64,000 bases of DNA. It comes from Chloroflexia bacterium (lineage in GTDB: Bacteria; Chloroflexota; Chloroflexia; Thermomicrobiales; CADCWN01). Of this stretch, positions 42,952-53,105 are shown in pieces (positions within the stretch are counted from its first letter, which is position 1; every line of letters starts with the position of its first letter). Position numbers and translations under genes: made by a program. The notes below the pieces were generated by a model. It was not told where the DNA came from and searched no databases. It saw only the letters and a list, made by a program, of their open reading frames with translations. Where the stretch lies: NCBI GenBank assembly GCA_046328475.1, contig JAXLWN010000019.1, forward strand, positions 12,323 through 76,322. Reading direction: 5' to 3'.

Positions 42952-45473
42952 TTCTTCCGTGCAAACCAGGCGTTGATCATGCCGTTGGCGACGGGGGCCG
43001 CGATCGTGGCGGAGGCGGTGCCGCCCTCCACGAAGGCGACGACACAGATTTCGGGGTTGTCGTAGGGGGCGAAGGCGGCGGTCCAGGCGTGGGCGCGCAG
43101 CAGCAGGCCATCGTCATCCACCTCAGTGCCGTATTCCGCCGTCCCGGTCTTCACCCCGGCGGTGAGCCCGTTCGGGAGTGGGAATTGCTCCGTGCCGGGG
43201 ATCACGTTCCCCTGCTCGTCGAACTTTGGTGCGACCAGGCCACGAACCTGGATGCCGTACTTGGCGAGTTCGGGGTCGGGGCGGTGCCAATCGACATTCA
43301 TCCGCATCCCCTCGCGCACCATGTCGAGGTGCTGGGCGGCGATCGGCAGCTTGCGGATGACGGATGCTTGCGGCCCGCGCACGACGTTGCCGTCGTCATC
43401 GAGAATCTGGTGGACCAGGGTCGGCTTATAGAGCGTGCCGCGATTGGCGACGGCCGCCGTGGCGTTGCAGAGTTGCAGCGGGGTGACCAGATCGTAGCCC
43501 TGGCCGATCGCGGTCACGATCGTGTCGCCGATCGACCAGTATTCGCCGGGGAAGTTCGTTTCCTTCCAATCGGGGCCTGGCACGATCCCCCGCACATCTT
43601 CCGGCAGTTCGATCCCGGTCTTCTCGCCGTAGCCGAAGGCGCGCAGGTATTCGTTGATGCGCTCGATGCCCAATCCGCTGAACCAGTGCTTCTCGGGGTC
43701 GCCCGGCTGGTAGTAGTGGGTATATTCGCCCGCCTCGTCCTGCTGGCGGGGGCCGCCGACGTTGTAGAAGAAGACGTCGCAGGAGGTCGCCAGCGCCTCG
43801 CGCACGTCGAGTTCCTGGTGCTGCTCGTCGCGGGTCCAGCACCAGAAGAAGTTGCGCTTGTAGCTCCAGGTCTCCTCGATCTCGATGTGCCCTCGGCAGC
43901 GGAACTTGGTGTCGGGCTTGATCGCCCCCCCCTGCAAGCCGGCGGCGGCGATGAAGGACTTCATCGTCGAACCGGGGGGAACCTCGTAGGAGATGGTGCG
44001 ATTGATCAGCGGGTGGCGCTTCTCCTTGTCCGGGACATCCTTCTCCAACAGCGTGTCGAACGCGGCCTGGGAGATACCCCCGGAGAAGAGGTTGGGGTCG
44101 TAGCTGGGGATGCTGACCAGGGCCAGCACCTCGCCGTTGCGCGGGTCGATCGCCACGGCGGCACCAGCCTGGATCGGGAAGGGTCGAACCTTATCAAACC
44201 GCCCCTCGCCGCGCCACCGCTCGTTCTCCCCTTCGAGGTAGGGGTGCACGGCATCGATCTGCCGCTGGAGGATGGCGATGACTTCCTTCTGGTAGTCGAG
44301 CGGGATCGTCAGGACGACACCGTTGCCATTGACCGGCTCCAGGCGGCCCTCGGGGTATTCGCCGACGACCCGGCCGGCGGCGTTGATCCGGGCGACCACC
44401 TTGCCGCGCTTGCCGCGCAGGATCGGCTCCAGCCCGGCCTCGATGCCCGCCTTCCCGAGATAATCGTTCAGGCCATAGATCGGGATCGTCTCGTTGTCGG
44501 TCGGGTCGATGACCGGGTCGCCGCGATCGTCGCGCAGGATGTTGCTGTCCCACTCTTCCTTGGTGATCGGCCCGGTGTAGCCGAGGATGTGCCCGATCTC
44601 CGCGCCGACGTGGTAGCGGCGGGTGAGCGCATTGTCGGAGATCTGCACGCCGGGGAAGTAGAGGCGGTTCGCCTCGATCCCCATCGCGATATCCTTCGAC
44701 ACGCCGGTCTTGATCGTCAACGGATTGTACTGGTCGTAGAAACCGAAGGTATCGACCTGGTAGGCGACCGGGTTGACGACGTGGACGGCGAGCAGGTCGT
44801 TTTCGAGCGCCCGCGCCGCCGCGATCTGCTCCGGCGTCAGTTCGTCCTTGCCCTCGGGCACCTTGATCATCGCCTGGGCGGCGACCTTCTTGGACGCGGC
44901 CGAGGCTATCTCGCGCTCCACCGGATCTTTGATCAGATCGAGCGTCAGCTTCAGCGCCGACGCGAGCCGATTGTAGATCTCGTCGCGCAGCTTCTCGTCC
45001 TTCGGCAGTTCGCTCGTGCGCAGGACGAGGATGTCGCCCATGCCGAGGTGTTTCGCGAGCGTCTGGAAGATCGCGCGGCGCTCGGCCAGCCCCTCGTCGG
45101 TCTCGTCGGTGGGCAGGCTGATCGGGACGATCGCGACCGACCAACTCTTGACGTTGTCGGCGATCAAGGTGCGGTCCCGGTCGTAGAGCATGCCGCGCGC
45201 CTGGTTGAGGACGAAGAAGCGCTTGTTGTACTCCTCCTGCTTGCCAACCCAGGCGTCGTGGTCGCGCACCTGCAACTGCCAGAGCCGCGCGGTGAGCGCG
45301 GTGAAACCGGCGGCGGCGAGCCCCTTGAAGACGAAGGTGCGGCGGGTGAGCCGTCGGTAATCGGCGGTCTGCTCCGGGGCGCGCGGCCGTTTCTTGTCGG
45401 CCATGCGCTCGATTTCGATCCGCTTCCGCACCCGCCAGGGTGCCGGTTCGATGGCCGTCCTACGCCCGAGCAT
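42945..45473 (-). CDS. mrdA: penicillin-binding protein 2 (elongasome class B transpeptidase)
   Basis: 842 aa with an N-terminal TM helix, a dimerisation domain and a transpeptidase domain with PPGSTMKSF (SxxK). It is adjacent to mreD. An alternative start is at 45404. Confidence 0.85.
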   Translation of the reverse strand: MLGRRTAIEPAPWRVRKRIEIERMADKKRPRAPEQTADYRRLTRRTFVFKGLAAAGFTALTARLWQLQVRDHDAWVGKQEEYNKRFFVLNQARGMLYDRDRTLIADNVKSWSVAIVPISLPTDETDEGLAERRAIFQTLAKHLGMGDILVLRTSELPKDEKLRDEIYNRLASALKLTLDLIKDPVEREIASAASKKVAAQAMIKVPEGKDELTPEQIAAARALENDLLAVHVVNPVAYQVDTFGFYDQYNPLTIKTGVSKDIAMGIEANRLYFPGVQISDNALTRRYHVGAEIGHILGYTGPITKEEWDSNILRDDRGDPVIDPTDNETIPIYGLNDYLGKAGIEAGLEPILRGKRGKVVARINAAGRVVGEYPEGRLEPVNGNGVVLTIPLDYQKEVIAILQRQIDAVHPYLEGENERWRGEGRFDKVRPFPIQAGAAVAIDPRNGEVLALVSIPSYDPNLFSGGISQAAFDTLLEKDVPDKEKRHPLINRTISYEVPPGSTMKSFIAAAGLQGGAIKPDTKFRCRGHIEIEETWSYKRNFFWCWTRDEQHQELDVREALATSCDVFFYNVGGPRQQDEAGEYTHYYQPGDPEKHWFSGLGIERINEYLRAFGYGEKTGIELPEDVRGIVPGPDWKETNFPGEYWSIGDTIVTAIGQGYDLVTPLQLCNATAAVANRGTLYKPTLVHQILDDDGNVVRGPQASVIRKLPIAAQHLDMVREGMRMNVDWHRPDPELAKYGIQVRGLVAPKFDEQGNVIPGTEQFPLPNGLTAGVKTGTAEYGTEVDDDGLLLRAHAWTAAFAPYDNPEICVVAFVEGGTASATIAAPVANGMINAWFARKKS

Positions 45474-45966
45474 AATTCTCGTTCCGTTCGATCCAGCGAT
45501 TCAGCAGCTGCACGAGCACGTAGAGCGGGGGGACCATCAGCGAGTTGAGCAAGGCCCCGAGCGTGCTCAGTTGCACCAGCGCGACGAAGTTCATGTGCCC
45601 GCCGAGCAGGGGCGCGAGCAGGGTCTGCGCCAGGCCGTGGCAGAAGGTCGCCACCATCGCCATCAGCATCGGGAAGAGCAGGCCGCTCTGGAAGAAGGGG
45701 CTGCGGCTGAACCAGGCGGTGATCGTCACCGGCACCAGGATCAGCGCGGCGCTGCCGAACGGCGACATCGTGAGCAAGTCGAGAAAGAGCCCGATCCCGA
45801 AGGTCCAGAGCAAGCCCTCGCCCGGTTCGCGCCCCGCGCACCAGAGCAGCAAGGCCACCAGCAGCAGGTCCGGCATGATCCCCAGGAACCGCGCCATCGG
45901 CAGGACCGTCGTCTGGAGCAAGGCGAAGAACATCAGCAGTGTCGCGAAAAAGACTCGTGGCAGCAT
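45460..45966 (-). CDS. mreD: rod-shape-determining protein MreD
   Basis: 168-aa polytopic protein: LLQTTVLPMARFLGIMPDLLLVALLLW. It lies immediately upstream of PBP2. Confidence 0.75.
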   Translation of the reverse strand: MLPRVFFATLLMFFALLQTTVLPMARFLGIMPDLLLVALLLWCAGREPGEGLLWTFGIGLFLDLLTMSPFGSAALILVPVTITAWFSRSPFFQSGLLFPMLMAMVATFCHGLAQTLLAPLLGGHMNFVALVQLSTLGALLNSLMVPPLYVLVQLLNRWIERNENYARA

Positions 45967-46283
45967 GCCCTCAGACCTTTACCCGGTCGCGCCAGCGTCG
46001 CCCGGAATCGCTCGATCCCTCCGCTTTCCAGGTCGCGTCCGAAGGATAGCACAGTCGTCGGAGGGGCGACAATGATGTACGGACGGCGCGTTGTGTCGAT
46101 TTGTCAGTGCGTTCGTGCGTTTGTGCGTTCGTAAACGCCACCAGCAGACGAGCACACAAACATAGGAACGCATAACCCCACCCACTTGCAACACCTTGCC
46201 CCATTGCCGCAAGATAGCGCGTGCAATCGAGCGGCACCAGACGGACTGACACACTGACGCACTGACGCACAAAGGAAAACTCG

Positions 46284-48920
46284 GTGAGCCAACCAACCGC
46301 CAGCGACCACGACTTGCGCCTCCCGGACTGGGGGCCATACACCAAACGCTACATCGGCGTGTCGCACATCGCCGACCGGCAGCGCGGGCTGCGCTTCGAC
46401 CTGAGCGTCTTCCCCGGCTTCTACCGCCGCCGGGTGGACGTGCCGAACGTGCTCTGGGAGTCGGGCTACCACCCGCGCGAGGCGTCGCCCGACCTGCGCT
46501 ACTTCGCGCACCGCCACGAATTGCAGGGGCGCGACCAGGTCTACTGCGACATCGCCTACTCCGCGATCGACGAGGGCGCGCGGCTGGTCTGCTGCACCTG
46601 CGTGAACCACAGCGAGGCCCCGCAGACGCTCGTGATGCACTGGATGGCCTCGCTCAACTTCCCCACCCTGCGCGCCAACGCGCCTGACCTCCTCTACCCC
46701 GCCGAGGCGAAGCTGCCCGATGGGGCGACCTGGATTGACGCGCTCGATTATGTCAATCTCACCTTCGCCACCCCGCGCCCGACCGACACGCTCGTGCCCG
46801 ACGGGCTGCGGCGCGGCGAGACGCGCGGGCACGGCTTCACCGGTGGCACGGGGATCGGCCAGCACTTCGGGCGCGAGCCGGGCGACCGGGTCATCTTCCG
46901 CCCGGCGCTGCACCGCGCCATGCCCGACGCGGCGCTGGTGTTGCGCTATCGCCTCGCGACCGGCAACCCGATCACCCTCGAACTGAGCGGCCTCGTCGCC
47001 ACGCGGCTCAACCTGCTCGGCGATGGCAATTTCCTGACCGTGACAGTGCCGGTCGGCGACCTCGCGGCGGTGGAGCACGAGCTGACGATCACGAGCGGCG
47101 GCGGCGCGGCGATCGACCTCGACGGCTTCGCGATCGTCGCCGCGCGCGAGGCACCGCTGGTGCGCTTCGTCCCGGTGCGCTGGCAGCCGCAGCCCGAGAT
47201 CCTGCCCGGCCCGCACGCGCGCAGCGTGCTGCTGCGCTACCCCGACCTCGACCACTGGTATGGCCTCGCCTGGGACGGCGAGGCCGGCGAGGTGCGCGGC
47301 TTCCACACCGACGACCTCGACTCGACACTGCGCATCGCGGTCCACCACCACACGCGCCGCGTCTTCAATGGTCCGGGCGAGGGGCACTTCACCAACGTCT
47401 TCATCCGCCCCATCCCGCTCGCGCCGGGCGAGACGCTGGCGCTCTACGGCGTCGTCTGCGCCGGGGGGCGCGAAGAAGTGGAAGAGCGGCTGCGCGGCTA
47501 CGCGGCGGGGGTGATCGACAAGGCCGCGACCCACGAGGCGGCGCGCAACGGCCGCTTCCTGCCGCAGCCGTCGCCGAGCGGCGAGCCGTTCGCCCCCAGC
47601 CAGGAGCGGATGGCCGCGACGCTGCTGACCAACGTGGTCTTCCCGATCTACGCGCGCCGCAACTACATTCGCCACAATACGCCGGGGCGCTGGTGGGATA
47701 GCCTCTACACCTGGGATTCGGGCTTCATCGGCCTGGGGCTGGCCGAACTCGACTTCGACCGCGCGACCGACTGCCTGCGCGCCTACCTGACGCCGGAGGG
47801 GGACGCCGACGCCGCCTTCATGCACCACGGCAGCCCGGTCCCGACGCAATTCGCGCTTTTCCTCGATCTCTGGAACCGCACGCAATCGCGCGAGCTGCTG
47901 GAATGGTGCTACCCGCGCCTGCGGCAATACCACCGCTTCCTCGCCGGGAAGATCGGCAGTTCGACCACCGACCGCTTCCACTCCGGGCTGCTGCAAACCT
48001 GGGACTACTTCTACAACTCGGGCGGCTGGGACGACTACCCGCCGCAGGTCTACGCCCACGACCAGGGGTTGGCGGCGACCGTCGCGCCGGTGATCACCTC
48101 GTCGCAGGTGATCCGCACCGCGAAGATTCTGCGCCACGCCGCCGGGGCGCTCGGGTTGGCGGCGGATGTGGCCGAGTACGACGCCGACATCGCGCGCCTG
48201 GGCACGGCGGTGCAGCGCCACGCCTGGGACAATGAACTGGGCTACTTCGGCTATGTGCAGCACACCAGGAGCGGCATGCCGCTCGATATCGTGCGCGACC
48301 GGGGCGGCACGAACCTCAACCAGGGGCTGGATGGTGCCTATCCGCTCGTCGCGGGCATCTGCACCCCCGAGCAGGAGGAGCGGCTACTCGCCCACCTCTG
48401 CGCCGGAGCGCCTCTGGACCGCGATCGGCCTGACCGCCGTGGACCAGTCGGCCCTACTATCGCGCCGACGGCTACTGGAACGGCACGGTCTGGATGGCGC
48501 GCACCAGTGGTATTTCGAAGACGCTGCTCGACCTCGGCCAGCCCGACCTCGCGCGCCGGATCGCGCAGACCGCGCTCGAAGTCTGGCGGGATGAGGTGGA
48601 GCGATCCGGCACCTGCGCCGAGCATTTTGTGGTCGCCACCGGACGCGGCGCGGGCTGGCACCACTTCGGGGGGCTCTCCGCGCCGGTCCTCCCAGTGGTT
48701 CGGGGCCTACCACCGCCCCGGTCGCCTGACGACCGGCCTCGACATCTGGGTGGAATCCTGCCAGTGGGAGGAGGGGCACAACGGCGTGGTCGCCACGCTG
48801 GTGCGCCGTGGCGATCCGCGCCACCGCGCCGCGATCCTGGCGACGGTGCCCGCCACGCGCGTCTATCTGGTCAGCTGGAACAACGCCCCGGTCGAGCACA
48901 CCGTGGATATAGCGGCCTGA
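46284..48920 (+). pseudogene. large glycoside hydrolase with (alpha/alpha)6-barrel GH63/trehalase-like C-terminal domain, frameshifted near the C-terminus
   Basis: RWWDSLYTWDSGFIGLGL...YNSGGWDDYP is in the main frame. LWTAIGLTAVDQSA and TLLDLGQPDLARRIAQTALEVWRDEVERSGTCAEHF...GWHHFGGLSAPVL are in other frames (about 48400-48700), before the sequence returns to the main frame. Confidence 0.6.
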
Positions 48921-49062
48921 TCACCATCCGCGCCCGCAGGCGCGACCACCGGCACCCTGCGGATCGACCTCGCCACCCGCTACAACTGGAACCCGTACAC
49001 CGGCATCAACCCGGAGCGCCCGGACGAGCGGATCGATCCGGATGCAGAGAGCGACTGCGGGG

Positions 49063-49255
49063 GAGGGAGTGACGACGGTAACGAGAATGAGGGGAGACGG
49101 ATTCTTCGCTGCGCTCGGAATGACACCTGCTCAAAGGCACAGCCCTCGGTGGTGTCATTCAGCGAAGAATCCGTAAGCCCCCTTACGACTTACATCGTGA
49201 CATGACGACTCGTCCCTCGTTACTCGTCCCTCGTTACTCGTTACTCGTCACTCGT
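49063..49255. repeat. nested inverted repeats (heptamer-type outer arms plus ggattcttcgctgcgctcggaatgacacc/ggtgtcattcagcgaagaatcc inner hairpin)
   Basis: The inner arms are at 49099-49127 and 49151-49172. The outer heptamer-rich arms are at about 49063-49095 and 49207-49255. Confidence 0.7.
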
Positions 49256-49269
49256 GTTGGAGGAACGCC

Positions 49270-50236
49270 GTGGCATTCTTCGATTCCTCCCGCTCGACCG
49301 TCTCCAGACCTATCAGCCGCCGCGCGACGAGCCGACCGATTTTGATGCGTTCTGGCGCGACACGCTCGCCGAGGCCGAGAGTTTTCCGCTCGCCGCGCGC
49401 TTCGAGGCGGCCGATTTCGGGCTGCGGGCGCTCGAAGGTTCGATGTGACCTTCAACGGCTACGGCGGGCAGCCGATCAAGGGCGGCTGCTGCTGCCGCGC
49501 GAGCGGTCGGGGCCCGCTCCCCTGCGTCGTGCAGTATCTCGGCTACGGCGGCGGGCGCGGCTTCCCGCTGAATCACCTCGTCTGGAGCAGCGCGGGCTTC
49601 GCCCACTTCATCATGGATACGCGCGGGCAGGGGAGCGCGTGGTCGCACGGCGACACACCCGACCCGGAGCCGGAGGGGACCAACCCGCACCACCCCGGCT
49701 TTATGACGCGCGGCGTGCTGCGCCCGCAGACCTACTACTATCGCCGCGTCTTCACCGACGCGGTGCGCGCTGTGGCCGCCGCGTGCTCGCACCCGGCGGT
49801 CGATGCGACCGGATCGCCGCTGCGGGCGGCAGCCAGGGGGCGGCATCACGCTCGCGGTCACGGCCTCGTCCCCTACCGACATCAAGGTCGCTATACCCGA
49901 CGTGCCGGCCTTTGCCACTACCGCCGCGCCACCGAGATCACCAACGACAATCCCTACGGCGAGTTGACGCGCTACTGCACCGTCCACCGCGACAAGATCG
50001 ACACCATCTTCGACGCTCGCCTACTTCGACGGCGTCAACTTCGCGGCCCGCGCCAAAGCCCAGGCGCTCTTCTCGGTCGGCCTGATGGACACCATCGCCG
50101 CCCTCGACCCGTCTACGCCGCTTACAACCACTACGCCGGGCCGAAGGAGATCAAGATCTGGCGCTACAACAACCACGAAGGCGGCGGCGCGCACCAGACG
50201 GTGGAGCGGGAGAGGTTCTTGCAAGAAGTGCTGTAA
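49270..50236 (+). pseudogene. CE7 acetyl-xylan esterase / cephalosporin-C deacetylase, multiply frameshifted
   Basis: Fragments lie in three frames: (M)AFFD; LPLDRLQTYQPPRDEPTDFDAFWRDTLAEAE; FNGYGGQPIKG...LPCVVQYLGYGGGRGF...FIMDTRGQGS...PGFMTRG; IAAAGGSQG; and a C-terminal [13 protein letters not shown]. Confidence 0.8.
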
Positions 50237-50361
50237 CGAGTATTGGGTAATCCCAGTCGGGAGGGCATTTCTGCCAGAATTGTCCATCCCCGGGCGGCAA
50301 CGCGCTGCGATGCTCACCGATAGAATGGGCAGCATGAAGTTAACATCAACCAGGTGAGAGG

Positions 50362-52133
50362 ATGAGTGTGCAGCAGGCTATCTTCAAGCAGGTTGGCTAT
50401 TCGCGCTGGGACTCCTGCATGAGATCGAAATCGGGAATATTGGTCTGCCTGACATCCAACGTCCATTCGTTTGGAATGCGACGAAAAAGTCCGCGATCTG
50501 TTTGATTCAATGTATCGCGGCTTTCCCGTTGGCTACTTCCTCTTCTGGGCCAATACTGCCGCGAAGGGTACCCATAGTATTGGAACGGATCAAAAGATCC
50601 AGCCGCGAACCTACTCATTGTCGATGGACAGCAGCGACTTACATCACTATATGCTGTGGTCTTCGGTAAGCCTGTCCTCAACGATGCCTACCAGCCAATC
50701 AAGATCGAGATTGCATTCCGCCCCCGCGATGGGCACTTCGAAGTTGCCAATGCAGCTACCAAGAAGGATCCTGAGTATATTCCCAATATCTCTGCATTAT
50801 GGGCTCCTGGAAGTAATAGTTACACCCTCATTGATGCATTCCTGAGCAAACTGGGTACGAGTCAGCCTCACCAGCCACTTACACCGGCGGACAGGGCTCA
50901 ACTCAGTAGCAATATGGCTCGTCTCATTGCGCTCCAGTCGTACCCTTTCACGGCGCTTGAAATCGCGGCGGCGGCGGACGAAGAGCAGGTTGCCGACATC
51001 TTCGTCCGAATTAACAGCGAAGGCGTTAAACTGAACCAGGCAGATTTCATCCTGACCTTACTCTCTGTCTTCTGGGATCAAGGTCGGTCCGACATGGAGC
51101 AGTTCTGCCGCCGCGCGGGAAATCCGCCAAAACAAGGCAGCGGCCCGTCGCCATTCAACCATTTCATCGAGCCTAGCCCCGATCAACTGCTACGCGTTTC
51201 CATCGCGCTCGCCTTCTACCGTGCCCGGCTCCAAAGTGTCTATCAAGTTCTGCGCGGCAAAGATGTCAGTACAGGATCTTATTCACCAACCCGGCGCGAT
51301 CAGCAGTTCGCTCAGCTCCGCGAAACCCAAGCGAAAGTTCTGGACCTCACGAACTGGCATTCGTTCTTCGAGTGTCTCGTCGCGGCGGGATTTCGCGGGA
51401 AGGCGATGATCTCCTCACAGAACACATTGCTGTACGCCTATGCTTGCTATTTGATTGGCAAGTGCGAATACAAAGTACCAGGGCAGCAACTTCAGAAGGT
51501 AATCGGGCGCTGGTTCTTTGCGGCACTGCTTACGGGACACTATACCAACTCGCCCGAGACGGCCATGGAAGCCGATCTCAACCGACTCAAAGGGCTTGCC
51601 AACGCTCAAGCCTTCGTCGACGCTCTTGAGTCGATGATTGCCACCCTCCTCACTGGCGACTTCTGGACCATCACACTCCCGAACGAGTTGGAGACATCCT
51701 CTGCGCAGAGTCCTTACTTCCTGGCCTACATCGCCGCACAGAATTTACTCGATGCGCCCGTTCTTTTCTCGCAGCAGAAGATCAGCGCCTTGCTCGACCC
51801 CCTGATCAAGCCAAAGAAAAAGCCGCTCGAAAATCATCATCTCTTTCCAAGTGCCTGGCTCAAAGAGAACGGAATTACCAAGGTACCGACCATTAATCAG
51901 GTAGCAAATCTGGCATTGCTGGATTGGCCGTCCAACATCGCGATCAGTGACGCCGCCCAAAAACCTACGTCCCGCAACTCAGTCAGAAGTTCAACGCAGC
52001 GACCTTGGCCAGGATGCACGATCTCCATGCTCTCCCCAACGGTTGGGAGAATCTGTCCTACGATGTATTCCTCCAACAGCGTCGAATCCTCATGGCAAAC
52101 GTGATCCGTCGAGGATTCGAAACGCTCGCCTGA
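50362..52133 (+). pseudogene. GmrSD-like (DUF262 + DUF1524/HNH-like) type IV restriction-type endonuclease, at least 4 frameshifts, on an AT-richer island
   Basis: The N-terminus is in shifting frames: LLHEIEIGNIGLPDIQRPFVWNATK / VRDLFDSMYRGFPVGYFLFW / (LIVDGQQRLTSLYAV)VFGKPVL. The C-terminus has HHLFPSAWL...NQVANLALLDW, then a shift to ...LHALPNGWENLSYDVFLQQRRILMANVIRRGFETLA. Confidence 0.75.
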
Positions 52134-52359
52134 GTTTGACAAGATAGGGCAACTCGCACTGCTGGTTACGCGGGCGGCGATGCCGGATGTAGGGCGGCGC
52201 GCGATCCTCGATGTTCGCGCCGCATCCTCGAGACTCGCCACTAACCCGTTCTGCGCCGCTGAGATCGGCTCGGACTCGCAGAACCATTGTGATACTTTCG
52301 CCACACTTCGCGGCTACGCTACGCGCAGTTGAGACGGGATAGACCGGGGAGGAGACACC

Positions 52360-52923
52360 ATGACACTCGGACTCGCGCGCGGGGGGCTCATCGCCGGGAT
52401 GGCGCTGGTCACGCTGGGGGTGGTGCTGCTGATCGAGCCGATCACTGGCAGGAATCCCTGGGGCGTGATCTGGCCGTTCGCGATCATCATTCCCGGTCTG
52501 CTTTTCTTCGTCGGAATGATCGGCGGGGGGCCGAAGAGCGCGCCACTGGCGATCCCTGGGAGCCTCCTGACGACCGTCGGGCTGCTGCTCTTCTACCAGA
52601 ACAGCTTCGGCTACTTCCAGAGCTGGGCCTACGCCTGGGCGCTGGTCGTGCCGACCTCGATCGGCGTGGGCCTGCTGCTGCTGAGCCACCTGGGCGCGCA
52701 GCCGCAATTGCGCCCGGTGGGAGCCTATTTCACCGCGATCGGCCTCGGTCTCTTCGTCAGCCTCGCCGCGATCTTCGAGGTCGGCGTCTTCCGCTCGTCG
52801 CTTGCGGCGCGCATCGGCTGGCCGCTGGTGCTGATCGCCTTCGGCGTCACCATCGTCGCCGGGAGCCTCGCCCACGCCTTCGCCCGCGATGAGCGCGACA
52901 CGCAGATCGGCTACACGCTGTAG
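52360..52923 (+). CDS. hypothetical polytopic membrane protein
   Basis: 187 aa with about 6 TM helices. ATG follows GGGGAGGAG. No family recognised. Confidence 0.55.
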   Translation: MTLGLARGGLIAGMALVTLGVVLLIEPITGRNPWGVIWPFAIIIPGLLFFVGMIGGGPKSAPLAIPGSLLTTVGLLLFYQNSFGYFQSWAYAWALVVPTSIGVGLLLLSHLGAQPQLRPVGAYFTAIGLGLFVSLAAIFEVGVFRSSLAARIGWPLVLIAFGVTIVAGSLAHAFARDERDTQIGYTL

Positions 52924-52995
52924 CAGGCGAGTCGTGAGTCGTGAGTCGTGAGTTGTGAGGGAAGTACGAACGGCGATAGGCGATAGGCGATAGTG

Positions 52996-53040
52996 ACGAA
53001 GAGACCCGGAGAGCGATATGCTCTCCGGGTCTCTTCGTTT
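52996..53040. terminator. perfect 19-bp-stem hairpin between convergent genes
   Basis: acgaagagacccggagagc-gatat-gctctccgggtctcttcgt, followed by tt. Heptamer arrays lie on both sides (52929-52959 and 53041-53095). Confidence 0.6.
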
Positions 53041-53105
53041 CTGACTACTGACTACTGGCTACTGACTACTCACCCTCGTCCCCCACGACTCACGACTCGC
53101 CTCCT

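Noticed and set aside
42864-45548. 894-aa plus-strand ORF opposite PBP2. Similar long shadow ORFs are 3696-5375 (+), 20776-22959 (-), 33021-34880 (-), 46104-48263 (-), 53271-55478 (+) and 7771-9246 (-).
   Set aside because: All of them are antisense or out of frame relative to ORFs with strong family motifs. Their compositions are dominated by R, G, P, A, D and E, as expected from GC-rich non-coding frames.
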